A DNA stretch of 64,000 nucleotides from an uncultured Bacteroidales bacterium (GCA_964534745.1 CAZHQW010000004.1:25376-89375); one strand, 5' to 3'. Shown: positions 28,581 to 39,961, counted from the stretch's first letter. Translations and numbers: made by a program. Notes: generated by a model not told the origin, from the sequence alone.

Positions 28581-29519
28581 TTAATGGTTATTTTGTTTCG
28601 CCAGTTTTTCAGTGAAAAATATAGTTATTAATCCTGCAATTACACATATAATAACTATTACCACTTCCCGGTTGAATACTTCCGGCACATACTTTGTGAA
28701 GCCGCTGATTACCTCCTCCCCGTCCTTAAGCACCGGAATACCGGCCGCATCAGTCAGGATAACAGCCTTCTGCCAGGGCCACAGGACGCTTAATGATCCC
28801 AGTATAAAGCCGGTCAGCAGTGCAATGGTCTGGTTCCTGAATTTCCTGTAAATCCATGAAAGGAAATGCGAAAAAGCTATTAGTCCAACTACTGCGCCCA
28901 GCACTACAGGCACTAATATCTTAGCCCATATTTCCAGGTTGAAGCTGGAAACGGTATCTATCCATACCAGCTTGTAATTTCCCATTAGTATCAGCACAAA
29001 CGAACCGGACAGTCCGGGTAGTATCATACTGCACATTGCAACAATACCGCACAGGAACAGATACACAAAGCTATCATTCTCGACAGCAGGATTTAAAAAC
29101 GATATAACAATTGCAATTGCTGTTCCTGCAATTAATGATATTATAACGCTGAGATGCCAGCGCGATATCCTCCTGCTGACAAAATATACTGAAGCGATTA
29201 TTAATCCGAAGAAATATGCCCATACATAAACAGGATAATTACTGAAAAGGTAATCAAGCAATTTTGCCAGGGATAAAATGCTCACAGCCACACCACCAAA
29301 TACGGCAATAAGGAAGTCGAGGCTTACATGCCTGGCAAAGGATTTAAACTTCCCGGTAAATATGTACCCCAGTGCTTTTAAGTCGAATGATTTGATTGAA
29401 TTAATCAGCTTTTCAAATATACCTGTAATAAGTGCTATGGTGCCGCCTGACACGCCCGGAATAACATTGGCTGCGCCAACGCCCATACCCTTGAAAAATA
29501 ATCCTATGTATTCTTTCAT
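28581..29519 (-). CDS. DUF368 family membrane protein
   Basis: G.GVGAANVIPGVSGGTIA, MILPGLSGSF.L. Confidence 0.9.
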   Translation of the reverse strand: MKEYIGLFFKGMGVGAANVIPGVSGGTIALITGIFEKLINSIKSFDLKALGYIFTGKFKSFARHVSLDFLIAVFGGVAVSILSLAKLLDYLFSNYPVYVWAYFFGLIIASVYFVSRRISRWHLSVIISLIAGTAIAIVISFLNPAVENDSFVYLFLCGIVAMCSMILPGLSGSFVLILMGNYKLVWIDTVSSFNLEIWAKILVPVVLGAVVGLIAFSHFLSWIYRKFRNQTIALLTGFILGSLSVLWPWQKAVILTDAAGIPVLKDGEEVISGFTKYVPEVFNREVVIVIICVIAGLITIFFTEKLAKQNNH

Positions 29520-30862
29520 CTTATTGTTATGAAAATATTCTGATCTATTGTTTTCCTGTCTGCAGAAAATTTAAGAATATATAAACCTGAATTTACACCG
29601 GACTGATCCAGATAAATATTTTGTGAGTAAAAACCGGGAAGTTGCCGGTTTTCATATAATGATTTAATAATCCTGCCATCAATGTCAACAAGTTCAATCT
29701 TAATATTAGAGGCTTCAGTAAGCCTATATTCAACAGTAATATGATCTTCGACCGGATTTGGATAAATTTTTAATCTGTAAAACTCATCGGCCAAGCTTAG
29801 TGAAGGAGTATATACCTTCACATTTATTGCTGCAGTATCAGTACAGCCATTACTATCGGTTATTGTTAAGGAATAGGTTTTATCAGCAAATAATGTATCG
29901 GTAATGGTCTGCGTGTGCTCGCCGGTGTTCCAATGATAGCTACAGGGTTGCATCCCCCCGCTAATCAGGGGAGAAATTAATAATTCCTGTCCCTTATTAA
30001 CGCTGTCACTGTTTGTAAATACAATTGATACAGGTTCAGGTTCCGTTAATGTTTCATAAATATCTCCGACACATCCCTTACTATTTGTGTGGGATAATCT
30101 ATAATCTCCTGCACACAGACTGTCAAAAGTGATAGTAAATGCATTGCTCTGAAATGAGGTGTCTATAACAGCGGTATCCAGTGACATGAATCTGTAAGTC
30201 AGCATAACCTCATACGGATTAAAAATCAGAATCTGACCGTTATTCTCGCCATTACACCTGATATTATAATCACCATAATATTCTGTTGCATGATATACAT
30301 TTGCAGCCGGAGGGTACACATTATAAATATCTTCTTCGACTGTGCAACCTCCCTCATCAGTAAGCTCCACCGTGTACCTTCCCTGTGTCATATTAAAAAT
30401 TGTATCTGCTACATAGGGAGCGGTAAGATGATAATATGCAGGGAATTTCGTCCATGTGACAGTATAACCTGGTGTGCCTCCGACAGGAATAATGCTTATT
30501 GTGCCATCTGCGCCATAACATGTAAAAGTATCAATAACATTAACAATCAATGACAGCTGGCCATATATTTCAATTGTATCTGACGCCTGGTTATATTCGT
30601 TATCAGTAACCGTAACAAAATAGGTCCCGTCATAAAGTCCGCTTATATTCTGGCTGTCAGAAGAAAAATCATCCGGACCATACCACTTAAAAGTATACGG
30701 TTCAATACCTCCCGTAACTTCTGCCCTGAGTTCACCATCTATGCCTGCACAGGACAAAGTATCAACTATTTCTATTGATACTGAAAGCTGGCAAAGTGAT
30801 TTAACAGCAGCAGGAAAAAGAACAAATATGATTGCCAGTAATCTTAAGAGTAAATATCTCAT
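29516..30862 (-). CDS. SprB-repeat protein with T9SS C-terminal sorting domain
   Basis: About four GG..PY...W...G.Y.V.VTD..GC units; CTD IYPNP...GLYILK. Confidence 0.82.
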   Translation of the reverse strand: MRYLLLRLLAIIFVLFPAAVKSLCQLSVSIEIVDTLSCAGIDGELRAEVTGGIEPYTFKWYGPDDFSSDSQNISGLYDGTYFVTVTDNEYNQASDTIEIYGQLSLIVNVIDTFTCYGADGTISIIPVGGTPGYTVTWTKFPAYYHLTAPYVADTIFNMTQGRYTVELTDEGGCTVEEDIYNVYPPAANVYHATEYYGDYNIRCNGENNGQILIFNPYEVMLTYRFMSLDTAVIDTSFQSNAFTITFDSLCAGDYRLSHTNSKGCVGDIYETLTEPEPVSIVFTNSDSVNKGQELLISPLISGGMQPCSYHWNTGEHTQTITDTLFADKTYSLTITDSNGCTDTAAINVKVYTPSLSLADEFYRLKIYPNPVEDHITVEYRLTEASNIKIELVDIDGRIIKSLYENRQLPGFYSQNIYLDQSGVNSGLYILKFSADRKTIDQNIFITIR

Positions 30863-31653
30863 TTCTTGTGCTCCTGTTGTTTGCTTTTCAGGCTATCGGG
30901 AAGGAAATTAAAAAAAGTATCGCCACGAAGCCCCAACCTCAATGTCTCCAGCGGAATAACCTCATTGGGAGCTATATTTCCAAGGTTGACATTGCATCCA
31001 AAAAGTTTTATAAACCATACCTGCTGCGATTTAAGGGGTGCCTCCCATATTATATCATTAGAATTAACATGGTGTGATATGTCGTCAATTAATTCCTTGT
31101 CAGCCGTCCCGTTGCTATGATAAATACCTATTGTACCGCTCTCCCTTGCTTCGGCAATAACTTTCCATGAGCCTGCCTGAAGCTCACTTTTCATCATGCT
31201 TATCCAGCTGTCATGCGGTATAACGACACCTTTCTGCTTTGAACCTACTTCGGAAACAACGGTAACCTTTTCGGAGAGCTTTTTAATATACTCAAGTTTC
31301 TCACTGTGAGGCATATACATCGAACCATCTGATACTTCAGCACAACCGAGTCCGTACTTATCCAGAAACTTAAGGTATTCATCAAACATATTCCGAATAA
31401 TAAAAGCTTCAAACAAGGTCCCCCCGAGATATACCTTTATTTCAGCCTTCTGGTATAGCCTGATTTTATCACGCAGCCTGGCTGTAATAAGAGAGGTGCC
31501 AAAACCTAATTTAACAATGTCCAAAAACTCGTTTGCCGATTCAACAAGGTTTTCGGCTTCCTGAATGCTTAATCCTTTATCCATCACCATTGTTATCCCT
31601 GATTCGCGGGGTCTCTTTGCCCTGCCGGGTATATGAGGTAAAGTTAAATTCAT
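30859..31653 (-). CDS. comA: phosphosulfolactate synthase family
   Basis: DKG, KLGFGT, GGTLFE, EVSDG, EVGSK, EARESG, WEAP, LETLRLGLRGDT. Confidence 0.9.
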   Translation of the reverse strand: MNLTLPHIPGRAKRPRESGITMVMDKGLSIQEAENLVESANEFLDIVKLGFGTSLITARLRDKIRLYQKAEIKVYLGGTLFEAFIIRNMFDEYLKFLDKYGLGCAEVSDGSMYMPHSEKLEYIKKLSEKVTVVSEVGSKQKGVVIPHDSWISMMKSELQAGSWKVIAEARESGTIGIYHSNGTADKELIDDISHHVNSNDIIWEAPLKSQQVWFIKLFGCNVNLGNIAPNEVIPLETLRLGLRGDTFFNFLPDSLKSKQQEHKK

Positions 31654-31660
31654 CTTGTAT

Positions 31661-33076
31661 TTATTTTAAATTCTGATACTTAGTAATAAGCCTGTTTATC
31701 CTGTCATCTTGCCCTGTTCTCGGAAAATCACATAAGACCTCACTATGCTCTTTAAAATTTAATAGCAGTCCTTTTTCAAAATACTTATATGACAGGGAAG
31801 GCTGGCCACTATATATGTAATACACAGCAAGCCTGTAATTTACAGCTGAGATATCATTATTGTAGCGGTATGCTTTTTTCAGGATATTAATTGCACTGGC
31901 TATCTTTTTGTTATTAAAATATACGCCCGCATATGCAAGCCAGGCCTCATAGTTTTCAGGATCAAGTTCCACGGTGGCATTATAAGCCTTGATTGCCTTA
32001 TTTACATTGTTCATTTCCGAGTATACGTCGCCAAGTATGAACCAGTATTCCGGAATACCTGATTCAATCCTTATCGCTTTCTTGATATTATAAACACTCT
32101 TGTTGAATTTCTTCAGCTGACAATATACTACCCCTTTTCTAAACCAGGCATTGGAGCAATCATTTTCTATATCCAGTGCTTTGTTATAATGCTCCAGCGC
32201 CTTATCATGCCTGAAAAGTTTCTCATAGCAGTCTCCGATCAGACAATATACATGTGCATTATTGCCATCAATGCCCAGCAAATCGTTATATACCTTGATG
32301 GCGCTGTAGTAATTACCGTAGTTAGCGTGTGCATCAGCTTTGCTAAGGTATACGGAAACAAAATCCGGACTTATAGCTATGGCAAAATCAAAGGCACTTA
32401 CAGCTTTTTTGTATTTGTCCGCTGCCAGGTACCATAACCCCAAATTATGCCAGATATTCTCAGAAAAAGGATCAATATCCAGGTACTTTTCCAGGTAAAA
32501 AATACTTTTCTCAATATCATCCAAACGTTCGTAGCATATAGCAAGGTCGTAAATAACAAGGAGATTTGTACTGTTTACTTCATAAGCAAGCAGCAGGTAG
32601 TTAACTGCTGCTTTAATATCATCAATTTGTATAAATGATAACGCTATTTCATAAATAACATCATCCTTATCGTCCTGTGAGAGTCTTATTGCCTCGCCAA
32701 AGGCTTTTACGGCAGCTTCCTGTTTTCTGAGCGAATTTAAAGCTTTACCCTTGATGAGGTGAAACTCGAAATTATAGGAATCGACCTTTTCAATATCTGC
32801 GAGAATATCCAGAGCTATTTTTGCTTTCCTGTCTTCAACGAGAACCTGTGCATATTTGAGCTTAAGTGATGAGGAATAGGGATGCTGGCTAAGGCCTATC
32901 CTCACTGACTGGAGTGCGGATTTATAATCATTGTTACTAATATAATAATCAATAATATTCTCAAACTCATATAAATCAAAGTAACAGGACCTGTTTTTCC
33001 TTAACATGTCCTTGAATCTGTTTATAATGTCTGAGTATTCTTCCTCTTCAAAAAAACTATTTTGATTCTGATTCAT
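31661..33076 (-). CDS. tetratricopeptide repeat protein
   Basis: Multiple TPR units; N-terminal acidic F..M......YFD..EFE.II.YY. Confidence 0.85.
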   Translation of the reverse strand: MNQNQNSFFEEEEYSDIINRFKDMLRKNRSCYFDLYEFENIIDYYISNNDYKSALQSVRIGLSQHPYSSSLKLKYAQVLVEDRKAKIALDILADIEKVDSYNFEFHLIKGKALNSLRKQEAAVKAFGEAIRLSQDDKDDVIYEIALSFIQIDDIKAAVNYLLLAYEVNSTNLLVIYDLAICYERLDDIEKSIFYLEKYLDIDPFSENIWHNLGLWYLAADKYKKAVSAFDFAIAISPDFVSVYLSKADAHANYGNYYSAIKVYNDLLGIDGNNAHVYCLIGDCYEKLFRHDKALEHYNKALDIENDCSNAWFRKGVVYCQLKKFNKSVYNIKKAIRIESGIPEYWFILGDVYSEMNNVNKAIKAYNATVELDPENYEAWLAYAGVYFNNKKIASAINILKKAYRYNNDISAVNYRLAVYYIYSGQPSLSYKYFEKGLLLNFKEHSEVLCDFPRTGQDDRINRLITKYQNLK

Positions 33077-33133
33077 GTCAAGTGCACCTGAGCTTATATT
33101 AAAGTTAGTGTTAATAATTTAAAAAAAACAAAT

Positions 33134-35740
33134 CTAATCGATATTTTCCATACTTTGAGTCTTTCCTGAATCAAAATTCAATTGACTTTTTAGTTTATTA
33201 TACTGTTCAATTATTTTATCGAACTTATATATTAATTCTTCGGTCAAAGGATGGGACTCCCCGAGAATCACATTTAACCTGTCTATGCCTGCGTTCAATT
33301 CCTCTATTGAAATCTCTCCCCTTTTAAAACTCTTGCCCGCCTGTCCCTCGGATTGTAATTTTGCAATTGTTTCCGCAAGACTTAGATATTCATCGTTAAG
33401 CAAAATAAGAACTCTGGCTGATTCAATTCCGTATCGTGATAAAAGCACCTTCCATAGGGACAAATCGGGATCATATCTTCCGGTGTTCCATGAAAAATCT
33501 GCTATAGTAGCAAATTTTACAATGTCGAGTTCTGATTCGGGGGTACTGCAAAAGAATATTTGTTCCATGTTTATTTTTCCCAGGATAAAACTGACATTTT
33601 CATCGTCATAGGGACCAAAGAGGTTTAGAAGCCTGATTTTTCCCGGATAATAACCGCAGTATTCTGAAAGGGTGGCATCAATATCTGTTGTCTGTACTGA
33701 ATTATCCCAGTAAACAGGTGTATTATCCAGATATGAAGCTATACGTGCAAGGTCAGCATTGTCATTTCTCAGGGAGTAGAAGGAATTGCCTGTCCAGAAC
33801 CATGAAATGTCATTTCCTTGTTCTGAAAAACTTTTTGCCAGCAAAACCTCAGCCTTGCCCCGGCTGTCATCAATCAACCGGTTATTAAACCAGGGCAGCA
33901 GTATTTCCACGTCCTTTCCCGGGTATTCCCTTTTTATAAGGTCATTTATGGCTGCTACATTAATGGTCATTCTCCCGGGGTCATCCAGATAGTTTACCGG
34001 TTGTATGGTCCTGCATGTGTTAAATTCATAGGGAGTCATAAAATATGGTACATATGCAATACCCCGGGCCCCTGCTTTAAATCCATTCCTGCAAATGCTT
34101 CGGAGTACATCCCGCTTAACACTGGCAATGCTGGTCTTCTCATCATCGACAGCCCCTCTGCTATGTCCGATATAGCTGAAGTAAGCCGGAGGGGCCAGCA
34201 TGATTTTAAAATTGAAAGCATCATTGTTAATATATTTTACGCCAGTGCTTTCAATTACAGTCTTACATTGACCCGTGTCTTCTGCCACGTTACATGAGAG
34301 ATATGCCCCGTTGATCTTATATCCGGTTAAGTCGTCAATAAAGGATATGCTCTTTGCTAAAGCTGACTTCTCCATGGATGCCGGAATGTTATAATACCTG
34401 TTTTCAAAATCAGGATAGTCGATAACCCTGGCATTATGAAAAATATACTTTTTGTTATCAAACAGCTGTACAGCGGTTGTTGCTGCATAATAATCGCCTA
34501 CAGGTTTATCGCCTGCAAGAAATACCAGGTTATTAATATCGCTGTTTGTATAGATAAAATATGATTGTGGTATGTTTTTTATATCACCTGCAGGCAGTAT
34601 TTCCCTGAAACGCTTGTAAAGCCCTGTTTTACCCACACTGAATATAAGGCTGGACTTATTCAATTCGTCAGCTGATATTCTTGTGGTAACCTGTATTTTA
34701 TAATCGGAATCATCACCTGAGAGACGCTTGAAAAGGTTCTCCATCCTTTGCTTTACAAGCAGTGCGGCCTGCCGTGTTTCAAGAGACATGTTTTCGGGAA
34801 CCACTATTTTTGGCAGGTTCTCCTTGCCGGCACCTGCATCAAAATATATTATAGATTCCAGTTTTTTAACTTCCTTTGGTTGCGGTATAATAACATTGTG
34901 TTTGGAGAAAACCGTATCTGTAAGAAATTTCATTCTTTCTGCTGCTGTGAAATTTGATTTTGTGTAGCGGAAGTCAACATTATCGAGCCACATCGTTCCA
35001 ATTCCTTTCATTCCAAGAAATATTTTAACGTAACGCGCTTCATCAGGTATATCGCCTTCAGGACAGTTATAATTATGTGATTTACCTTTAATCCTGCCCC
35101 AGTCAAATCTGTCTACCTGCCAGAAGTTTGAAAATGATATTCCTTTGAATGAGTTGTCTATGTATATTTCGTTCGTTGGCAGGTATAGTCTTGAGCTTAC
35201 AGCTATTTTATTCTTATCATAAAAGTACAGCCTTATATTAACTGCATCGTAGAGCCTGGTGCCCAGCCTTTCCCTGTTTGAGCATACATCTTCGAGCCTT
35301 AAATAACAGGATAGTGAGTAATTGCCCGGAATAACCTTAATGAAATCACTAATTACGCCCTCTCCCCTGTCATCGGTCTCGTCAGTATATATCCTTTTAA
35401 TCTTTATTGAATGCAGGGAGTCAGCAGCCTCGTCGGCACTATATATTGAATCATATTCAATATTTACCCACTCGACGTTATCACCTACTTTCTGCCACCC
35501 TTCAATTCTGAAAGTTGTACCCGTAGTGTCAACGATCAGGGCCTTGCCTGACTCAAAGGAAGCGTTCCTGACAAGATTGGCACGCTGGTATTTCTGCAGT
35601 CTTATCCTTAAAGGTATTGACAGGGGATCGCTGCTTGACCAGTTTACTGCTGCAGGAACATTCTTGCCCGATTCCCTGCACGAGAATAAGCTGAAGCACA
35701 GCAACGCGGAGGCTAATATTAGCAGATTCAGATATTTCAT
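33134..35740 (-). CDS. lipoprotein with CBM-like, GH20-domain-2-like and GH84-like domains (catalytic motif not seen)
   Basis: Lipobox LFSC from ATG 35740; IIPQPKEV, DYPDFENR, WFWTG, YWDN, ADFSWN. Confidence 0.65.
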   Translation of the reverse strand: MKYLNLLILASALLCFSLFSCRESGKNVPAAVNWSSSDPLSIPLRIRLQKYQRANLVRNASFESGKALIVDTTGTTFRIEGWQKVGDNVEWVNIEYDSIYSADEAADSLHSIKIKRIYTDETDDRGEGVISDFIKVIPGNYSLSCYLRLEDVCSNRERLGTRLYDAVNIRLYFYDKNKIAVSSRLYLPTNEIYIDNSFKGISFSNFWQVDRFDWGRIKGKSHNYNCPEGDIPDEARYVKIFLGMKGIGTMWLDNVDFRYTKSNFTAAERMKFLTDTVFSKHNVIIPQPKEVKKLESIIYFDAGAGKENLPKIVVPENMSLETRQAALLVKQRMENLFKRLSGDDSDYKIQVTTRISADELNKSSLIFSVGKTGLYKRFREILPAGDIKNIPQSYFIYTNSDINNLVFLAGDKPVGDYYAATTAVQLFDNKKYIFHNARVIDYPDFENRYYNIPASMEKSALAKSISFIDDLTGYKINGAYLSCNVAEDTGQCKTVIESTGVKYINNDAFNFKIMLAPPAYFSYIGHSRGAVDDEKTSIASVKRDVLRSICRNGFKAGARGIAYVPYFMTPYEFNTCRTIQPVNYLDDPGRMTINVAAINDLIKREYPGKDVEILLPWFNNRLIDDSRGKAEVLLAKSFSEQGNDISWFWTGNSFYSLRNDNADLARIASYLDNTPVYWDNSVQTTDIDATLSEYCGYYPGKIRLLNLFGPYDDENVSFILGKINMEQIFFCSTPESELDIVKFATIADFSWNTGRYDPDLSLWKVLLSRYGIESARVLILLNDEYLSLAETIAKLQSEGQAGKSFKRGEISIEELNAGIDRLNVILGESHPLTEELIYKFDKIIEQYNKLKSQLNFDSGKTQSMENID

Positions 35741-35821
35741 GCAAAATCTAAAATTAATACTTGTCGATAAAATTTTAGGCAAGGTATAAAAAAAGTATTA
35801 AGATTTCTAATTAAGAAACTT

Positions 35822-36706
35822 TTAAAGGCTGTATATCTTTTTTGTTGAAGCAAGGAGTGTATTCCTGAGCAATGATACTATGGTCATGGGACCTACACCG
35901 CCTGGCACAGGTGTTATATAGCTGCATTTAGGTGCCACCTCATCAAATTTGACATCTCCGATAAGCTTCCATCCCGATTTTGTTTTATCGGATTTTATTC
36001 TGGATGTGCCGACATCAATAACTATTGCCCCTTCTTTCACCATGTCTCCTTTCAGGAACTCGGGGGAGCCCAGTGCAACTATAATAATATCTGCTTTCAG
36101 ACATATATCTTTAAGATCCCGTGTTCTTGTATGACAGACAGTAACCGTGGCGTTTCCCATATTGCGTTTCTGCGATAACAATATGCTCATGGGCCTGCCC
36201 ACAATGTTACTGCGGCCGATGATTACGCAGTTCTTTCCGGAAGGATCGATATTGTATCTTCTCATAAGTTCAAGTATGCCTGCCGGTGTTGCTGAGACAA
36301 ATGAAGGCAATCCGAGTACCATGCGCCCCACATTAACAGGGTGGAACCCGTCCACGTCTTTTTTCGGATCCACCGCCTCTATTACCTGATGTTCGGATAT
36401 GTGGTCAGGAAGAGGCAGCTGGACTATAAACCCGTCAATATCATCATCATTATTCAATTCCTCAACTTTCTTAAGAAGCTCTTCCTGTGTGACAGTATCC
36501 TCCAGCCTCACAAGGCTAGACTTTACCCCTACCAGTTCACAGGTTTTAATCTTGTTTGCCACATATGTTTCACTTGCCCCGTCGTGTCCAACGAGAACAG
36601 CAGCAAGATGCGGGATTTTACCGCCACCCTGCTGTATTTTTTCAACCTCAGCGGCAATCTCCTGCTTAATGTCACCGGCTATTTTTTTCCCATCAATGAT
36701 TTGCAT
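35822..36706 (-). CDS. folD: bifunctional methylenetetrahydrofolate dehydrogenase/cyclohydrolase
   Basis: [38 protein letters not shown]. Confidence 0.97.
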   Translation of the reverse strand: MQIIDGKKIAGDIKQEIAAEVEKIQQGGGKIPHLAAVLVGHDGASETYVANKIKTCELVGVKSSLVRLEDTVTQEELLKKVEELNNDDDIDGFIVQLPLPDHISEHQVIEAVDPKKDVDGFHPVNVGRMVLGLPSFVSATPAGILELMRRYNIDPSGKNCVIIGRSNIVGRPMSILLSQKRNMGNATVTVCHTRTRDLKDICLKADIIIVALGSPEFLKGDMVKEGAIVIDVGTSRIKSDKTKSGWKLIGDVKFDEVAPKCSYITPVPGGVGPMTIVSLLRNTLLASTKKIYSL

Positions 36707-36737
36707 AATATTATAGTTAGATAAATTATTTGTTCCG

Positions 36738-38084
36738 TTATCCGGGCATCCTGTTCCTCGTGGCTGACATGTTACCCATCATACGCATAAGGTTCTTTCC
36801 TCCTGACATCATTTTCATCATTTTACGCGTATCATCAAACTGCTTAATAAGCCTGTTTACATCCTGGACACTGACACCACTGCCGGCCGATATTCTCTTT
36901 CTCCTTGAACCATTTAAAATCGAGGGGTCTTCACGCTCCTGCGGTGTCATGGAATATATTATTGCTTCAATACTTTTAAATGCATCATCATCTATATCAA
37001 GGTCTTTAATAGCCTTTCCCACTCCCGGGATCATGCCGGCAAGATCTTTCACATTACCCATTTTCTTTATCTGCTGTATTTGCTGTACAAAGTCGTTAAG
37101 ATTAAACTGATTCCTGGCAATTTTTTTCTTAAGCTTTCGTGCCTGGTCAACATCGAATTGTTCCTGGGCCTTTTCGACCAGTGATACTATATCGCCCATG
37201 CCAAGTATCCTGTCTGCCATTCTTTGCGGGTGGAATAATTCTATTGCGTCAAGCTTCTCTCCCGCACTTATGAACTTAATAGGTTTATTTACCACTTCTC
37301 TAATCGACAAGGCAGCCCCCCCTCTTGTATCGCCGTCGAGCTTGGTAAGCACTACACCTTCAAAATCAAGCCGGTCATTAAATTCCTTTGCTGTATTCAC
37401 TGCATCCTGTCCGGTCATGGAGTCAACTACAAAAAGTGTTTCGCCGGGAGTTACTGCTTTTTTAATTGACTCTATTTCATTCATCATCTCCTCATCAATG
37501 GCCAGGCGTCCTGCAGTATCTATAATTACCGTATCATGGCCCGTCCTTTTGGCTTCCTTTATTGCGGACTTTGCAATCTTCACAGGATCCTTGTTACCTT
37601 CTTCAGTGTAAACAGGAATATCTATCTGCTCACCCAGCACTTTAAGCTGCTCAATAGCTGCGGGCCTGTATATGTCACCGGCAACAAGCAACGGTGTTTT
37701 ACCCCGCTTATTTTTAAGCTGGTTTGCCAGCTTACCCGCAAATGTTGTTTTTCCCGATCCCTGCAGTCCTGCTATTAATATTACGGCCGGATTACCTTTG
37801 ATATTAATATCTTCATTTGCCCCTCCCATGAGCCTGGCAAGCTCATCATGGACAATCTTAACCATCATCTGTCCGGGCTTTACGGCAGTCATGATTTTTT
37901 GTCCTATTGCATCTTCCTTAACCCTGTCCGTGAAGTTCTTTGCTATTTTATAGTTGACATCAGCATCAAGCAGAGCACGGCGCACCTCCTTGAGCGTCTC
38001 TGCAACGTTTATTTCGGTAATCCTGCCCTGCCCCTTCAGAATCCTGAATGAGTTCTCCAGCCTTTCTGTTAAATTATCAAACAT
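36738..38084 (-). CDS. ffh: signal recognition particle protein
   Basis: [24 protein letters not shown], Met-rich M domain; start set to ATG 38084 (MFDNL). Confidence 0.97.
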   Translation of the reverse strand: MFDNLTERLENSFRILKGQGRITEINVAETLKEVRRALLDADVNYKIAKNFTDRVKEDAIGQKIMTAVKPGQMMVKIVHDELARLMGGANEDINIKGNPAVILIAGLQGSGKTTFAGKLANQLKNKRGKTPLLVAGDIYRPAAIEQLKVLGEQIDIPVYTEEGNKDPVKIAKSAIKEAKRTGHDTVIIDTAGRLAIDEEMMNEIESIKKAVTPGETLFVVDSMTGQDAVNTAKEFNDRLDFEGVVLTKLDGDTRGGAALSIREVVNKPIKFISAGEKLDAIELFHPQRMADRILGMGDIVSLVEKAQEQFDVDQARKLKKKIARNQFNLNDFVQQIQQIKKMGNVKDLAGMIPGVGKAIKDLDIDDDAFKSIEAIIYSMTPQEREDPSILNGSRRKRISAGSGVSVQDVNRLIKQFDDTRKMMKMMSGGKNLMRMMGNMSATRNRMPG

Positions 38085-38139
38085 GACGGTTAGTTTAAAA
38101 ATGCGAAAGTACAAAAATAAGTAAAAACATACTAAATCG

Positions 38140-39930
38140 TTACATCCTCTCCGGCAGCTCAATTCCCAGGAGTCCGAATGCCGACTCTATAACTTTGGCA
38201 GCTACATATGACAGAAGCAGCCTGAAATCACGCACATCCTCATTTTCGGCCCTAAGGATAGAGAAATCATGGTAAAACTGGTTATATTCCTTTACCAGTT
38301 CATAAGTAAAATTGGCAATTATTGCAGGGTTGTAAGTCTCACCCGCATCTATGACAATACCGGGAAAATCGTAAATATACTTTAATATGGCTTTCTCCTT
38401 GTCTTTAATTCCGGTTGACGTATTAATGCTTTGGGGAACACTAATGCGGCTTTCTGCAGCTTTCCTCAATACCGATTTAATCCTGGCATATGTATATTGT
38501 ATAAAGGGACCGGTATTCCCGTTAAAATCAATGGATTCTGCAGGGTCAAAGGTCATATTCTTAACAGGGTCCACTTTAAGTATAAAGTATTTCAATGCCC
38601 CCAGTCCGATTACTCTGAATACGTTTCCTTTCTCCTCACTTGTCAGTCCCTCCAGTTTGCCCAGTTCTTTTGACATATGACGTGCAATATTAATCATCTC
38701 ATCAATAAGATCATCAGCATCGACAACAGTACCTTCACGGGATTTCATTTTCCCTTCGGGCAGCTCAACCATCCCATAGGACAGATGGTAAAGATCCCGG
38801 GCCCAGGGGAATCCAAGCTTGTCAAGAATAAGGGAAAGCACCTGGAAATGATAGTTCTGTTCATTGCCAACAACATAAATATGATTATCAAACTTATAGT
38901 CATGCTGCCTCATCTGTGCTGTTCCAATATCCTGCGTGATGTAAACGGATGTGCCGTCGGAGCGCAGAAGAATCTTTTCATCAAGTCCGTCCCCCGATAA
39001 ATCAACCCAAACCGAGCCGTCATCCTTCTTGAAGAAGACACCTTTCTTCAGTCCCCCCATGACAGTATCCCTTCCTACAAGATATGTCTCCGACTCATAG
39101 TATATCCTGTCAAAATCCACTCCAAGCCTTTTATATGTCGTATTGAATCCGTCATAAACCCACCCGTTCATTTTTGTCCATAATTCAATGACCGCGGGGT
39201 CTTTTGATTCCCACTTCCTTAACATTTCCTGTGCCTCGAGTATCAGGGGAGCATTCTTTTCAGCATAATCCTGTGAATGGCCGCTGTCTTTTAACTCTTT
39301 TACCTGCTTTTTATATTCGATATCAAACCTGACATAATAATCGCCCACCAGGTGATCTCCTTTTTTCCCTGATGTTTCGGGTTTCTCTCCCCTGCCCCAT
39401 TTCTGCCATGCAAGCATTGATTTGCAGATGTGTATGCCCCTGTCATTAACAAGGTTTGTCTTTATCACTTTCAGTCCGTTTGCCTTAAGTATATTTGCTA
39501 TCGAATAACCTATGAGGTTATTCCGTATATGCCCCAGGTGCAACGGTTTGTTTGTGTTAGGTGACGAATACTCTATAATATATGTTTTAGGGCTTCTCTC
39601 TTTCCTGAATCCGTAATTTTCCTGTGTATTGCAGTAGTTAAGATAATGAAGATAGAAGCTGTCACTTATGGTCAGGTTCAGGAATCCTTTAATAACATTA
39701 TATTTTTCAATTTCTGAAAGCTGCGACAGTAAAAACTCACCCAGCTCCTTTCCTGTGGTCTCGGGGGTCTTTTTTGATATTTTCTGCAACGGAAAAACTA
39801 CAAGGGTAATGTCCCCTTCAAACTCCCTCCTTGTGTTCTGCAGCTGTATAAGTTCCGCACCGGCTTTCTGTCCGTATAAAGACCTTATACCCTTAACTAT
39901 GGTTTCTGTGATAATACCGTGAATATTCAT
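38140..39930 (-). CDS. argS: arginine--tRNA ligase
   Basis: EYSSPNTNKPLHLGH, KMKSREG, GNTGPFIQY, ELPERM end. Confidence 0.97.
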   Translation of the reverse strand: MNIHGIITETIVKGIRSLYGQKAGAELIQLQNTRREFEGDITLVVFPLQKISKKTPETTGKELGEFLLSQLSEIEKYNVIKGFLNLTISDSFYLHYLNYCNTQENYGFRKERSPKTYIIEYSSPNTNKPLHLGHIRNNLIGYSIANILKANGLKVIKTNLVNDRGIHICKSMLAWQKWGRGEKPETSGKKGDHLVGDYYVRFDIEYKKQVKELKDSGHSQDYAEKNAPLILEAQEMLRKWESKDPAVIELWTKMNGWVYDGFNTTYKRLGVDFDRIYYESETYLVGRDTVMGGLKKGVFFKKDDGSVWVDLSGDGLDEKILLRSDGTSVYITQDIGTAQMRQHDYKFDNHIYVVGNEQNYHFQVLSLILDKLGFPWARDLYHLSYGMVELPEGKMKSREGTVVDADDLIDEMINIARHMSKELGKLEGLTSEEKGNVFRVIGLGALKYFILKVDPVKNMTFDPAESIDFNGNTGPFIQYTYARIKSVLRKAAESRISVPQSINTSTGIKDKEKAILKYIYDFPGIVIDAGETYNPAIIANFTYELVKEYNQFYHDFSILRAENEDVRDFRLLLSYVAAKVIESAFGLLGIELPERM

Positions 39931-39961
39931 TTTATGGTTTTCTAATGCAATTAAGCCGAGA

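Noticed and set aside
36738-38162. Long N-terminal extension of Ffh overlapping argS; similar extensions for GH43, the protease and the GH84-like gene
   Set aside because: Artefacts of longest-ORF calling; downstream ATGs give canonical N-termini or signal peptides
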